From IMG/VR virus record IMGVR_UViG_3300032224_001477, positions 12,209 through 76,208 of that record: 64,000 bases of DNA; one strand, written 5' to 3'. The stretch's first letter is position 1, and each line of letters starts with the position of its first letter. The notes beneath the pieces were generated by a model. The model ran no database searches and was not told the origin of the DNA. It was given only the letters and a program-made list of their open reading frames with translations. Position numbers and translations under genes: made by a program. This stretch comes from a virus. This document shows, piece by piece, positions 9,354 through 17,768 of the stretch.

Positions 9354-10421
9354 ATGCCGAAACTCGGCTTAGGCTTATCGTTGCCGCACCAAAGTAGTTC
9401 GACGTTGGGACGACCGATATTTCCAATCGATGCTGATTTTTCTACCTACGCTCTTGGGACGTTGAACGGACAGAATTCTTGGGATTTAATAGGTCTTACA
9501 AATACAACGAACCCAATTCAAGTAGTTCAAGCCTCAGTTTCAGCGGGGGGTCCTATCCCACAGTCCATAAGAATAACTGGAGTTGCCTCTTCTGCTGCTT
9601 CGTACATCGACATACCAAGCAATTTGCGTTTTGATCCGACAACAGTTACTGAGTCAACGACTTTTTACTACGTGCTAGACAACTTTAGAATTAGAGAAGC
9701 CATGAACTCATCAAGCTCTCAGGGGCAAGGTGTTTTTGCTATAACTACAAATCTTCAGGGGGTTAGCCCACAGGCTGCTCGGCTGTACGTGCGTAGATTT
9801 GGCGGCATTACTTCCAACACAACAACTTTTGATTTGGGGATTGTTACTAGCGGAACAGTGCTCCCAACTTACGGAACCACCGCGCTTACTGTGGGGATTT
9901 CTTATAAAATTGTTGTGGCTTATACAGCTAATCCGGGTTCGGCAAATGACGTTGTAAGAGTTTATGTAAACCCAATTGGAACAGACGTTACTACGTGGAG
10001 TCATGAGACAGCTCAAATATCAACAGCTGACCCAACTGCCTCTTTCAAATCGTTTCAGATTGTGCCGGGGTATATCAGTAACAACACCAAACTCGATATG
10101 AATGTCGGACGTATTTTAGCGGGTTTATCCAATGTGTTGGATGTAACACCTATTGCTGGTGAAACCTGCTCCAACAATGTGGCAAAAGTTGTTATGTATG
10201 GTACCGCTCCGTTTGAACAACGAACTCTTTCTCCAATTGAGTACGCTCCGTACGGAAAAGAGACGTATCAGTATGGGGATGAGGTTGTGCGGTTTGATGG
10301 CTCGGCATGGATATACTCTAACGCAACTTACGGGGAACTTGTTAGGGTATACAGCTATGTGGATTGGCCTTGGCTTGTACCGTGGACGACTCCTTACTCT
10401 GCAGCAAGAATATGCCCTTAA
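9354..10421 (+). CDS. Putative virion spike/lectin-like protein
   Basis: MPKLGLGLSL N-terminus common in phage virion appendage proteins; Thr/Ser/Val-rich beta-sandwich-like body. Confidence 0.5.
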   Translation: MPKLGLGLSLPHQSSSTLGRPIFPIDADFSTYALGTLNGQNSWDLIGLTNTTNPIQVVQASVSAGGPIPQSIRITGVASSAASYIDIPSNLRFDPTTVTESTTFYYVLDNFRIREAMNSSSSQGQGVFAITTNLQGVSPQAARLYVRRFGGITSNTTTFDLGIVTSGTVLPTYGTTALTVGISYKIVVAYTANPGSANDVVRVYVNPIGTDVTTWSHETAQISTADPTASFKSFQIVPGYISNNTKLDMNVGRILAGLSNVLDVTPIAGETCSNNVAKVVMYGTAPFEQRTLSPIEYAPYGKETYQYGDEVVRFDGSAWIYSNATYGELVRVYSYVDWPWLVPWTTPYSAARICP

Positions 10422-10430
10422 CCAGTTAAT

Positions 10431-10459
10431 ATTGACTGTAAAAAGACAGTAACTAGCAT
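10431..10459 (+). promoter_or_regulatory. Promoter, recurring motif
   Basis: ATTGACT-GTAAAAA-GACAGTA-AC-TAGCAT, 6 nt before ATG 10466. Confidence 0.65.
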
Positions 10460-10465
10460 CCATAT

Positions 10466-10939
10466 ATGGCTAAGAATAAAATCCCAGGATTGCTGATTGA
10501 AGGTCTTGGGGTGGCTAAAACAGAGCCCATGCACGACGAAGCCACGGAAGGACCGGAGATCCTGGAGTCTTTTGCATCCTCCCCTGCCCCAGGAGAGTTC
10601 TTCTCTACCCTCCTGCACTCGGCCACCATCGCCCATCAGATTCATTTTAAGACTCGTTCTTTTGCCGTCCATAAAGCCTTGGGCAAGTTCTACGAAGAGG
10701 TTGTGGAGCTGACCGATGGGCTCGTAGAGTCTTGGCAGGGCAAGTATGGGTTGGTTAAGAACTTCCCTTTCAAATATGACCTGGAGACCGAGGATCCTGA
10801 GTCATTCCTGGCAGACCTTGATTACTACGTTAAAACGCATCGTGAGCTAGTTTCAGACGATTCTGAGATCCAGAACGACATTGATACGATCCAGACCCTG
10901 ATTAACTCCACCACCTACAAGATCCGCTTCCTCAAATAA
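10466..10939 (+). CDS. Ferritin/Dps-like four-helix protein (DUF5856-like)
   Basis: H..HF.TRSFAVHKALGKFYE...D.LVESWQG.YG...IQN.ID.I...TTYK.RFL. Confidence 0.75.
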   Translation: MAKNKIPGLLIEGLGVAKTEPMHDEATEGPEILESFASSPAPGEFFSTLLHSATIAHQIHFKTRSFAVHKALGKFYEEVVELTDGLVESWQGKYGLVKNFPFKYDLETEDPESFLADLDYYVKTHRELVSDDSEIQNDIDTIQTLINSTTYKIRFLK

Positions 10940-10943
10940 GCTT

Positions 10944-11204
10944 ATGCCGCTGGGCAAAAAAGCTTCCATGCCCTGTAACGTGCCGCGGGCAAGCACACGG
11001 CCAGGTAAGAAGAAAATGGTCAAAGCATGTGCGAACGGCAAAGAGCGTCTGGTTCATTTTGGGGATAGCTCCATGAAAGACTTTACGCAGCACCACAGTG
11101 CTAAGCGTCGTAAAAGCTATTGTGCCCGGTCCGGTGGAATCAAGGGTGGGGATGGGAAGCTTTCGGCAAACTACTGGTCCCGCAAGGTCCTTTGGAGTTG
11201 CTAA
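10944..11204 (+). CDS. Conserved small basic phage protein
   Basis: VHFGD...RRKSYCARS...LSANYWSRKVLW motif common in viral genomes. Confidence 0.65.
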   Translation: MPLGKKASMPCNVPRASTRPGKKKMVKACANGKERLVHFGDSSMKDFTQHHSAKRRKSYCARSGGIKGGDGKLSANYWSRKVLWSC

Positions 11205-11259
11205 GGTAATATATCCCTTTTGGGATAGATATCTCTTTAGGGCTATATTTTTCTAATTC

Positions 11260-11537
11260 AGGGTAACCTAAGTTACCCCAAAATAGAGGTTACCAGAGCA
11301 AGTTGCCCCAAAATAACAGCTGTACTTCAATCAGTTACGGCAAAAAGGGTAACTGGGTAACTTGTTTTTCGACTTTGGGGTTCCCAAGCCCGGCACACGC
11401 AGCGCAAATATTTCACGCCAGATTATATAGATTAATATATTATAGTTACCCTAGTTACCCTAGTTACCCTAAATATTATAACGACAAATACTTAAAATGG
11501 GTAACTTTGAAATTTCTGGGGTAACTTAGGTTACCCT
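11260..11537. repeat. GGGTAAC/GTTACCC repeat cluster, candidate replication origin
   Basis: Perfect 21-bp inverted repeat 11260-11280 / 11517-11537; 2x GGGTAACT 11347-11362; 3x TAGTTACCC 11443-11469; AT-rich core. Confidence 0.8.
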
Positions 11538-11735
11538 AAAACCTCTTGATTCCGTCATGGGTAGTCCTCTTGGCTAAGACCCAGATAACAGCCACCGCTG
11601 CCAGAAAAATAAGCTTACCTAAGATTTGCCGTATCATTGACCCTGCCTTGGTAAAGAGCCCACTTTGCTATCTTGGCAATCAGCCTTTTGCTGTTCACCG
11701 GCCTTTGCGTAACCGCGACCCTTGGTCTACGGGTT

Positions 11736-12062
11736 TTAGCCACGACGAGGCATCCTACTGTTCAACCAGGCTCTTCGCTTAGAACACGCTTTACAGGTGC
11801 TTAAACGACTCCCAAACACCGAATCCAGGGCTTTCGCGACAGGCAAGGCAAGAACATGCACCAGATCCCCCAACCCCCTTGATTCGCAGTATCCCGGGTC
11901 CTTGGCACAGCTCTGTCGGATGATCTCCTTCCGGTACAATTCCCTGGCTTGATACTCCCATGGGTCCTGACCTTTGGACGTCAGTATCTGGGTGATTAGG
12001 TCGTCCAAGCTTTCGTGGACACGCTTTATTGCACCTTCCTCGTATTCCCAAATGTGTTTCAT
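11736..12062 (-). CDS. Hypothetical protein with C-terminal CxxC
   Basis: GLGDLV...PVAKALD...CKACSKRRAWLN pattern seen in phage proteins. Confidence 0.6.
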   Translation of the reverse strand: MKHIWEYEEGAIKRVHESLDDLITQILTSKGQDPWEYQARELYRKEIIRQSCAKDPGYCESRGLGDLVHVLALPVAKALDSVFGSRLSTCKACSKRRAWLNSRMPRRG

Positions 12063-12105
12063 GACATTCCGTTGACATTAAACCAACATACCCCAAAATT
12101 GGTAA

Positions 12106-12372
12106 GTGGATTTGCATGACCTCAATTTGAGCATGGTGGACGACGAAGACGCCCTGCTGATGGTAATCATGGCCGCTTGCGTTGACTCCCCAAACAACGA
12201 ACTCCAGATTTCACGAAAAGCTATTGTTGAACTCAAGGAACGGATGAAGTCGCTTAAGCCCGGGAATAAACCCGTACTTGTTTCGGTGAATGATGAGGAA
12301 GGAATTCGCGTTAAGTTTATGGTAACGGAGCAAGAGATTTCCGATTTCGTGCAAGACTTCATGCCGGATTAG
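12106..12372 (+). CDS. Hypothetical protein
   Basis: 88 aa; TTGACA at 12073 just upstream. Confidence 0.5.
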   Translation: MDLHDLNLSMVDDEDALLMVIMAACVDSPNNELQISRKAIVELKERMKSLKPGNKPVLVSVNDEEGIRVKFMVTEQEISDFVQDFMPD

Positions 12373-12677
12373 AAATCCGCCTTCTCGAACTCTTGAATCA
12401 GTTTGCTGGCGTCCTGGACGTTGTCCCGAATATAACCACGAAGCTTGTTCTTTAGAATTCGTTCTTCGGTCTGCTGTTCTTTTTTGAGCTGCTTAAGAAC
12501 TTCAATTGATTCCTGGTAGATCTTCGTTTTTTGTCTTAGATCCGTTTTTAAACCGGCAATCACCTCGCGAAGTTCTAGGAGTGTGCGCTCAGTGCTGGAG
12601 ATATCCCGACTCATGGCCCGCATGTGCGAGCCCATTTTTTGAAACCACGTTTTGAATTTCACCGTCTCCATACCCAC
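12369..12677 (-). CDS. Hypothetical coiled-coil protein
   Basis: 102-aa ORF with heptad pattern. Confidence 0.55.
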   Translation of the reverse strand: MGMETVKFKTWFQKMGSHMRAMSRDISSTERTLLELREVIAGLKTDLRQKTKIYQESIEVLKQLKKEQQTEERILKNKLRGYIRDNVQDASKLIQEFEKADF

Positions 12678-12724
12678 ATTCTGTGGGCATGGAGAAGTGA
12701 ATCAATTAGTCAACGTAAGACAGA

Positions 12725-12985
12725 TTAACGTAATGTTTGCAGCAACGCGTTTGCTTGCTCTCGTGTCATGCGACTGTCGTCAACATGCACGTCGTAACCA
12801 CCGTACCACTTCTGCTGTCCCCAAACCGAAGCTTTCGCTTCACCAACTTTGACTCCACCGGAGTACAGATCATAACCGCCGGGCCATTTCTGAGTTCCCC
12901 AAACAGAAGGACGAATGGCAAAGTCCTCTGCTTGTGCGCCCGCTGCAAAAGACACAACACACAATGCAGCGATTAGTTTCTTCAT
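12725..12985 (-). CDS. Exported small protein with internal duplication
   Basis: Sec signal MKKLIAALCVVSFAAGAQA; two SVWG-x-QKW-x-GGYD repeats. Confidence 0.65.
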   Translation of the reverse strand: MKKLIAALCVVSFAAGAQAEDFAIRPSVWGTQKWPGGYDLYSGGVKVGEAKASVWGQQKWYGGYDVHVDDSRMTREQANALLQTLR

Positions 12986-13218
12986 TACTCAAAACAATAT
13001 AATGACTGACTCCAGTCAGCAATAAAAATAAATTAAATTTTTCTTATACGTGTATCTATAGAACTTAAACTAAAGGGGGGGAGGGTGGGTGTGGGGGTAG
13101 TGCCACATTATCAAAGTGTTACACCGCCCCGAAGCCTACTTGTATTATTAGCAGGAAGAAGAGAGAACCAGATGGTTTTCTCTATCTAAAATCCCCTGTT
13201 ATAGATAGGAGTAACACC

Positions 13219-13548
13219 ATGGCATTGAAACTAGATAACCAAACCGTAGCAGCTCAACCCTCAACGACTTACGCACCGAAGCAGGATGCGTTGTACTTGA
13301 CGGTGAAACGGAGCAAGTTCGGCCACCTCGGCACGATCAACCCCAACTCGAACAACGGCTCGGAGCAGGCCGCTGCTCTCGCCGCCCTGGCGAAGATCGC
13401 CCTCAGTGGCAAGTGCTTGGACATCAGCGTTCGCCCCGCAAAGGATGACACTGAGAACCTCACCCTGCGCTTCACGGTGAGTCAGTTCGTTCCGCAGCAG
13501 CGGACGTCGTTGGCAGAGCGGCTCGTCACCGCTCACCTCAATAGCTAA
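13219..13548 (+). CDS. Hypothetical protein
   Basis: AGGAG SD, 109 aa. Confidence 0.65.
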   Translation: MALKLDNQTVAAQPSTTYAPKQDALYLTVKRSKFGHLGTINPNSNNGSEQAAALAALAKIALSGKCLDISVRPAKDDTENLTLRFTVSQFVPQQRTSLAERLVTAHLNS

Positions 13549-13561
13549 TTGAGGCTCCGGA

Positions 13562-13607
13562 CCTCGTGGGGACTGCAAACCCACGGGGAACGGTTTATTA
13601 AACCGTA
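13562..13607. terminator. Two adjacent hairpins between convergent genes
   Basis: CCTCGTGGG...CCCACGGGG and ACGGTTT...AAACCGT; no clear U-tract. Confidence 0.35.
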
Positions 13608-13609
13608 GG

Positions 13610-14071
13610 CTACACAGAGATAACTGGATTACTGGCAGTTACTGACACCGAATCTTGTGGAAGTTGTTGTAAAACCGCGATGTTCACTGTTTGAGTTTTC
13701 GAGCCTTCCGACAAGCCAAAAGCTGTCGTTGCTACACGATTCACCTTTTCCAATGCAGTAAAGTGTTCTTCAACTTCGCCGCGAGTAGCTGGGGCTTCTG
13801 CCTCAAGCGCGTTCATCCCGCCCTCAACCTGTTTCTTTAACCTCGACAGATAGGATTGTGCTTCCCCGACCATTTCGTTCGTTGCAGCACGATGCGCTTC
13901 TGCCACTCGTTTCAAAGATTGTTGCTTGTATGTGGCAAGTTTGAAACGCGCGACGTGACTGCGGATCGACGCAGGATTCACGTTGAATCTAGTAGCTAAG
14001 ATCTGAGGTGGAATACCTTTCGCGTATTCCGCTTCGATCGGACCCCAATCAATCACTGAACGCTGTCTCAT
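13610..14071 (-). CDS. HTH protein, terminase small subunit-like
   Basis: IDWGPIEAEYAKG...LATRFNV..ASIR N-terminal HTH typical of TerS, followed by helices and a short beta tail. Confidence 0.6.
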   Translation of the reverse strand: MRQRSVIDWGPIEAEYAKGIPPQILATRFNVNPASIRSHVARFKLATYKQQSLKRVAEAHRAATNEMVGEAQSYLSRLKKQVEGGMNALEAEAPATRGEVEEHFTALEKVNRVATTAFGLSEGSKTQTVNIAVLQQLPQDSVSVTASNPVISV

Positions 14072-14074
14072 ACT

Positions 14075-14112
14075 GTTGCAACGATTGTACCAGACGTTGC
14101 AACTCTATGCAA
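14075..14112 (-). promoter_or_regulatory. Sigma70-type promoter for the HTH gene with two GTTGCAAC palindromes
   Basis: TTGCAT-N17-TACAAT on - strand; GTTGCAAC at 14075-14082 and 14096-14103. Confidence 0.55.
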
Positions 14113-14173
14113 GCTACTGACAAACAACAGTCATTTTAACCACGATCGATAACCCATAACCAAGGAGACAACC

Positions 14174-14386
14174 ATGAACGACACCATGACCACAATGCTC
14201 TGCCCTTACGCCGTAGGACAGATCATCGATAACGACAACGGCACCCAAGAGATCGTCAGGCACATCGCTAACATCGATGGTGACTTCTACGTGCAGACGA
14301 GAGTGCTGACCAACCTTGGTGGCTACTACAAGGTGCAGCCCAACGGGGCTTTGACCAACGGACTTCGGAGCACGTACCTCGGATGA
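14174..14386 (+). CDS. Early hypothetical protein
   Basis: AAGGAG SD. Confidence 0.65.
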   Translation: MNDTMTTMLCPYAVGQIIDNDNGTQEIVRHIANIDGDFYVQTRVLTNLGGYYKVQPNGALTNGLRSTYLG

Positions 14387-14598
14387 ACCGGTACGCAGTC
14401 GTTTATAACGGCCACGTGCAACGGGAGTTCAAGCGTCGTGAAGATGCTTGGGACTACCTGGTGCAACGTGGCTGGCGTTGGTCCGATGAAGCTCACGTGA
14501 GGCCCATCAGGAATGAATGGTTTACCGGCTTACAAGCTCGCGGCCTTGCCGTTGAGTGCAACGCCGGCTTCCTGATCCGTGGCGTTGACGAAGCTTAA
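14383..14598 (+). CDS. Early hypothetical protein
   Basis: ATGA overlap. Confidence 0.6.
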   Translation: MNRYAVVYNGHVQREFKRREDAWDYLVQRGWRWSDEAHVRPIRNEWFTGLQARGLAVECNAGFLIRGVDEA

Positions 14599-14604
14599 AA
14601 CCAC

Positions 14605-14806
14605 AATCTTTGGTGAAAGGTGAACAGATCTAGGTATCGGCGTGGTAGCGGAGGGTTTGAAAAAACAACCCAGGTAGATCCTAGAGACACGCAACAGAAC
14701 CACCTTCAGGAGACCACCATCCGAAGGCTTCTGTCTGAGCCGCAAGGCGTAGACGAGTTGGAGTAGCGACCAACAGCCTAGATCTGTTCACCTTTCACCT
14801 AAGATT
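14605..14806 (+). ncRNA. Candidate structured ncRNA closed by a 30-bp stem
   Basis: 29/30 inverted repeat 14605-14634 / 14777-14806 enclosing four hairpin arms, one with a GCAA tetraloop; intergenic. Confidence 0.55.
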
Positions 14807-14820
14807 ACTAATTGAATTTC

Positions 14821-14870
14821 ATGCAACCGCGGTACTTTGCCTCCGCGTTGCATCCTGACGGTAAGGCAAA
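14821..14870 (+). promoter_or_regulatory. Candidate cis-acting pseudoknot upstream of an SD
   Basis: 11-bp stem ATGCAAC(C)GCGG/CCGCGTTGCAT; loop TTTGCCT complementary to AGGCAAA 14864-14870. Confidence 0.45.
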
Positions 14871-14885
14871 ACAAGAGGTACATAT

Positions 14886-15050
14886 ATGCGTAACATGATC
14901 CCAATCGACTATGTCGAAGTGGAAGAATACACCAACCAATCAACCCTTGATGCCGTGAGCAGCGAGTACGCTGCCATGCAACACCCCATGCTCGAGATGG
15001 ACGAAGCGTCCATGCGGGCTGAGTGCGTCCGGAGGTTCATCAATGATTAA
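14886..15050 (+). CDS. Early acidic peptide (54 aa)
   Basis: GAGGT SD; MRNMIPIDYVEVEEY...; overlaps next start. Confidence 0.55.
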   Translation: MRNMIPIDYVEVEEYTNQSTLDAVSSEYAAMQHPMLEMDEASMRAECVRRFIND

Positions 15051-15372
15051 CCTAACCGAACAACTCGAAGCGATCCGGCCCAGCTTGAACCTCAAGCCCA
15101 GCCCGGTGGAACCGACAGCCAAAGTACCGGTACCGGCACAGGTCTTCCGCATCCCTGCCAAGGTGATGCGTGATGGCGTAGCCTGGTCGCCGACCTATTG
15201 GTACAACCCCAAGAGTAACCACGATCGTAGCCGCGCAATGAGCGAGCTGCGGTCTGCGTTGCAGTATGGCACCAGCTTGGAGGGCGCAAGCGCTTCCCGT
15301 TGGGGCGTACAGATCGGGGACAAAACCTTCACCGTCAACCCGGTTGGGCTGACCGAGTGGATCAATAGTTAA
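15043..15372 (+). CDS. Early hypothetical protein
   Basis: GGAGGT SD. Confidence 0.65.
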   Translation: MINLTEQLEAIRPSLNLKPSPVEPTAKVPVPAQVFRIPAKVMRDGVAWSPTYWYNPKSNHDRSRAMSELRSALQYGTSLEGASASRWGVQIGDKTFTVNPVGLTEWINS

Positions 15373-15374
15373 TT

Positions 15375-15395
15375 ATTGACAGGACTATGCTAGTA
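15375..15395 (+). promoter_or_regulatory. Promoter, recurring motif
   Basis: ATTGACA-GGACTAT-GCTAGTA. Confidence 0.5.
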
Positions 15396-15436
15396 GTTCA
15401 ATCCTTTAGCATCTTCCTGACAGAAAGGATAACACC

Positions 15437-15802
15437 ATGAAAGCCAAGACAGAACCTACAGTCGACAAGATCAAGATACCAGAAGACATCGCCCACATTC
15501 TGCTTCGCCTCACCAACGCGAGGTCCAAGAAGCGAGCTAAACTGTGGCGCGAATACGTCAACGAGACGGCGGATCTCTTTGAGAAACACAAGATGAACGA
15601 GCTTCATACGGTTATGTCCATCAAGAAACTCTGTTTCTTTATGGATGTATTCGGCCACAACAAGAAGCTTTTCAACTGGTTTAAAAAGCTTTCGCCACAA
15701 GACCACCAAAGGTTGGCACACAGTTTCGTGCCGCCTTACATGAACCGCGACGAGATCTGGCCCAACTTGTGCAAGTTCGGCGACGTGCTCATACGGCCAT
15801 GA
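15437..15802 (+). CDS. Early hypothetical protein
   Basis: AAAGGA SD, 121 aa. Confidence 0.65.
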   Translation: MKAKTEPTVDKIKIPEDIAHILLRLTNARSKKRAKLWREYVNETADLFEKHKMNELHTVMSIKKLCFFMDVFGHNKKLFNWFKKLSPQDHQRLAHSFVPPYMNRDEIWPNLCKFGDVLIRP

Positions 15803-16772
15803 CCACCCTAATCGAATCCCTAAAGGTCGTAGCTTTTGCGCTGTTTGGAATCATCAGCTTCTACGCCCTTTGGATACTACTGGAGTTTGTTAAATGAACA
15901 CACCAACTAAAGGCAGAACCTACATTCCAACTCCTCAGGAGTTGGAACAGGAAGAGCGCGACAGACTCCGGACCTACATGCTGGATGAGATCGAAGGCAA
16001 TCGTTGGGCCCGGCAGGAACGTGAACGCGAAGAGGCTGAACGTGAGGAGGAAGATTAAATGTCAGCCTACGCAATCACCGTAAAAGAACTCATAAATAGA
16101 CTCAAGAAAGAGAAACGTCCTTCAGATGTACTTATTCTGGACGACGTATGCTTCGAGAGTTTCGAAGACTCTTACCCAAAGTTAACCAGAAAGATGTGGA
16201 ATGATGAGGTAGCTGAAGGCGTATCAAACGAGTGCGGTGCCGATTCTATCCACGATCAAGTTGTTGAGATACTTAATGGGATGGGTCTATCCGAAAAAGA
16301 AGAGGAGGAAGAGTGAAACCTACACCTGAACAGATCAAAGCAGAGCTAAAGAAAATAACCAAAGACTTAGAGAAGTACCGCAAGTTCATACCCAACGAGC
16401 ACGAAGAGCTGCTCTGTGTGGGTTGGATCGAGGCACTGACCTGGGTCTTAGGCGAGGAGGCAACATGAACAACATTGAGATACTGAGAGCAGCGCTACAG
16501 GACTTTGTAGATTTCTACAATGATCCAAACATGCCGATGGCTGAGCTTGTTAGCCGGGCTCAAGAAGCATTAGACAAAACCAAATGACGTTCACTGATCA
16601 CGCCTTGATCTGCAAGTACAAGGGCAGATGGATATGTTCTTGGTCCTTTATGATCGGCTTCTCAAGCCATGTTGGTTGCTCAACCCACAAGACGCTTGCT
16701 CTAGCTAAAGAACAAGCAAAACGGCTCGAGATCCCTTGGAAGATCAGCAAGAAAGTCTACGTACTCGGTTAA
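15799..16772 (+). other. Run of six translationally coupled small ORFs (15799-15897, 15894-16058, 16059-16316, 16313-16468, 16465-16587, 16584-16772)
   Basis: Head-to-tail ATGA/GTGA overlaps tile the interval; the first is a hydrophobic peptide, two are strongly acidic. Confidence 0.6.
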
Positions 16773-16787
16773 CCAAAGGAGGAAACT

Positions 16788-17120
16788 ATGCTCACAAAAG
16801 AAACAGCGTTGAGAATTGTTAAGCTGGCAGAAGAACAGCATGACCCCGAAACGGCATCTGGTTTATCCAGTCTAGTTCACGTTATTACTGGTTGGATGTA
16901 TGATGAAGACCGTAACAAGTGGCAACGATACCACGAGGGTATGGGTGGAATGGAAATCGAAAGCAACGAGCGTATCGCAAATAAATTGAGGCACACCATA
17001 AACGCCTCATTCAAACTCTTGTCTATTGTTCACGACCAAGAGAAGAAACTACACGACGTTATCGTGGCGTATCGTGCCCTCAAAGCAGACATCAAGAAAG
17101 TTACTGAGGGCAAAGTATGA
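16788..17120 (+). CDS. Early hypothetical protein
   Basis: AAGGAGG SD. Confidence 0.7.
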   Translation: MLTKETALRIVKLAEEQHDPETASGLSSLVHVITGWMYDEDRNKWQRYHEGMGGMEIESNERIANKLRHTINASFKLLSIVHDQEKKLHDVIVAYRALKADIKKVTEGKV

Positions 17121-17311
17121 AGAAAGCATCTGTCTGCGCTAACAGCTACGCCATCCCCGGTAGCTACCCAATCAAGGAGCTAAGGGCGAGGGCTAAACCT
17201 CAGATTATTTACCGGTACGGCGAGTACTGGGAAGAACGCAGGGTCAGTTCAGCTCAGCGAGAACGAGGAGTGTTACAGCAATTCGTTCTTGTTAAGAAGG
17301 AACAGCTATGA
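17117..17311 (+). CDS. Early hypothetical protein
   Basis: ATGA overlaps. Confidence 0.55.
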   Translation: MKKASVCANSYAIPGSYPIKELRARAKPQIIYRYGEYWEERRVSSAQRERGVLQQFVLVKKEQL

Positions 17312-17490
17312 GCTACACCGTACGCGAGTGCGACTGTGGTTCAGGCAAGACATCCGATTGGGTGTTTGACGGTCATGGCTGTGCGCTTACACGCACATGC
17401 GATGACTGCCACGACAAGAAAATGAAAAGGTACCGCCCCGATATCTTCACAAGATACGAGTGCGACGAACAGATCGAGGATGATTATTGA
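17308..17490 (+). CDS. Small Zn-finger-like protein
   Basis: CDCGSG...D.HG...RTCDDC. Confidence 0.65.
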   Translation: MSYTVRECDCGSGKTSDWVFDGHGCALTRTCDDCHDKKMKRYRPDIFTRYECDEQIEDDY

Positions 17491-17501
17491 AAGGAGAAAC
17501 A

Positions 17502-17768
17502 ATGCGAGAAGAAATCCCACACCTAATGTTCGTGACTGCAGTCATGGGGCTTGAAGCTCTTGACCGCGGCATGATGTTGAGCCGCGTGCATACCGCAGCT
17601 CGATGCCTGGACGTGGTGTCCAAGGTAACCGGCGTTAAGTACAAACGTACTGATCGCAGACGTGCAGCTAAAGAAGGTCGAGCTTTGCTCGATACTCTTG
17701 AGGCAAACGCAGCCTTTAAGAAGGCCAAGCGGACTGGCGAACGACTCGAGATCCATTGCATCACATGA
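17502..17768 (+). CDS. Early hypothetical protein
   Basis: AAGGAG SD; GMMLSR...TGVKYKR. Confidence 0.65.
   Translation: MREEIPHLMFVTAVMGLEALDRGMMLSRVHTAARCLDVVSKVTGVKYKRTDRRRAAKEGRALLDTLEANAAFKKAKRTGERLEIHCIT

Noticed and set aside
11260-11537. CRISPR array
   Set aside because: Repeats are 7-9 bp in both orientations with no regular spacers; the DUF2800 nuclease is a replication-module gene, not a cas operon.
11303-11782. ORFs 11303-11524 and 11546-11782
   Set aside because: TTG starts without SD; the first merely translates the repeat cluster (SYPSYPSYP).
14605-14806. Complete retron, tmRNA or tRNA
   Set aside because: No reverse transcriptase in the window, no T-arm or acceptor stem; the CCACCA lies in an internal loop.
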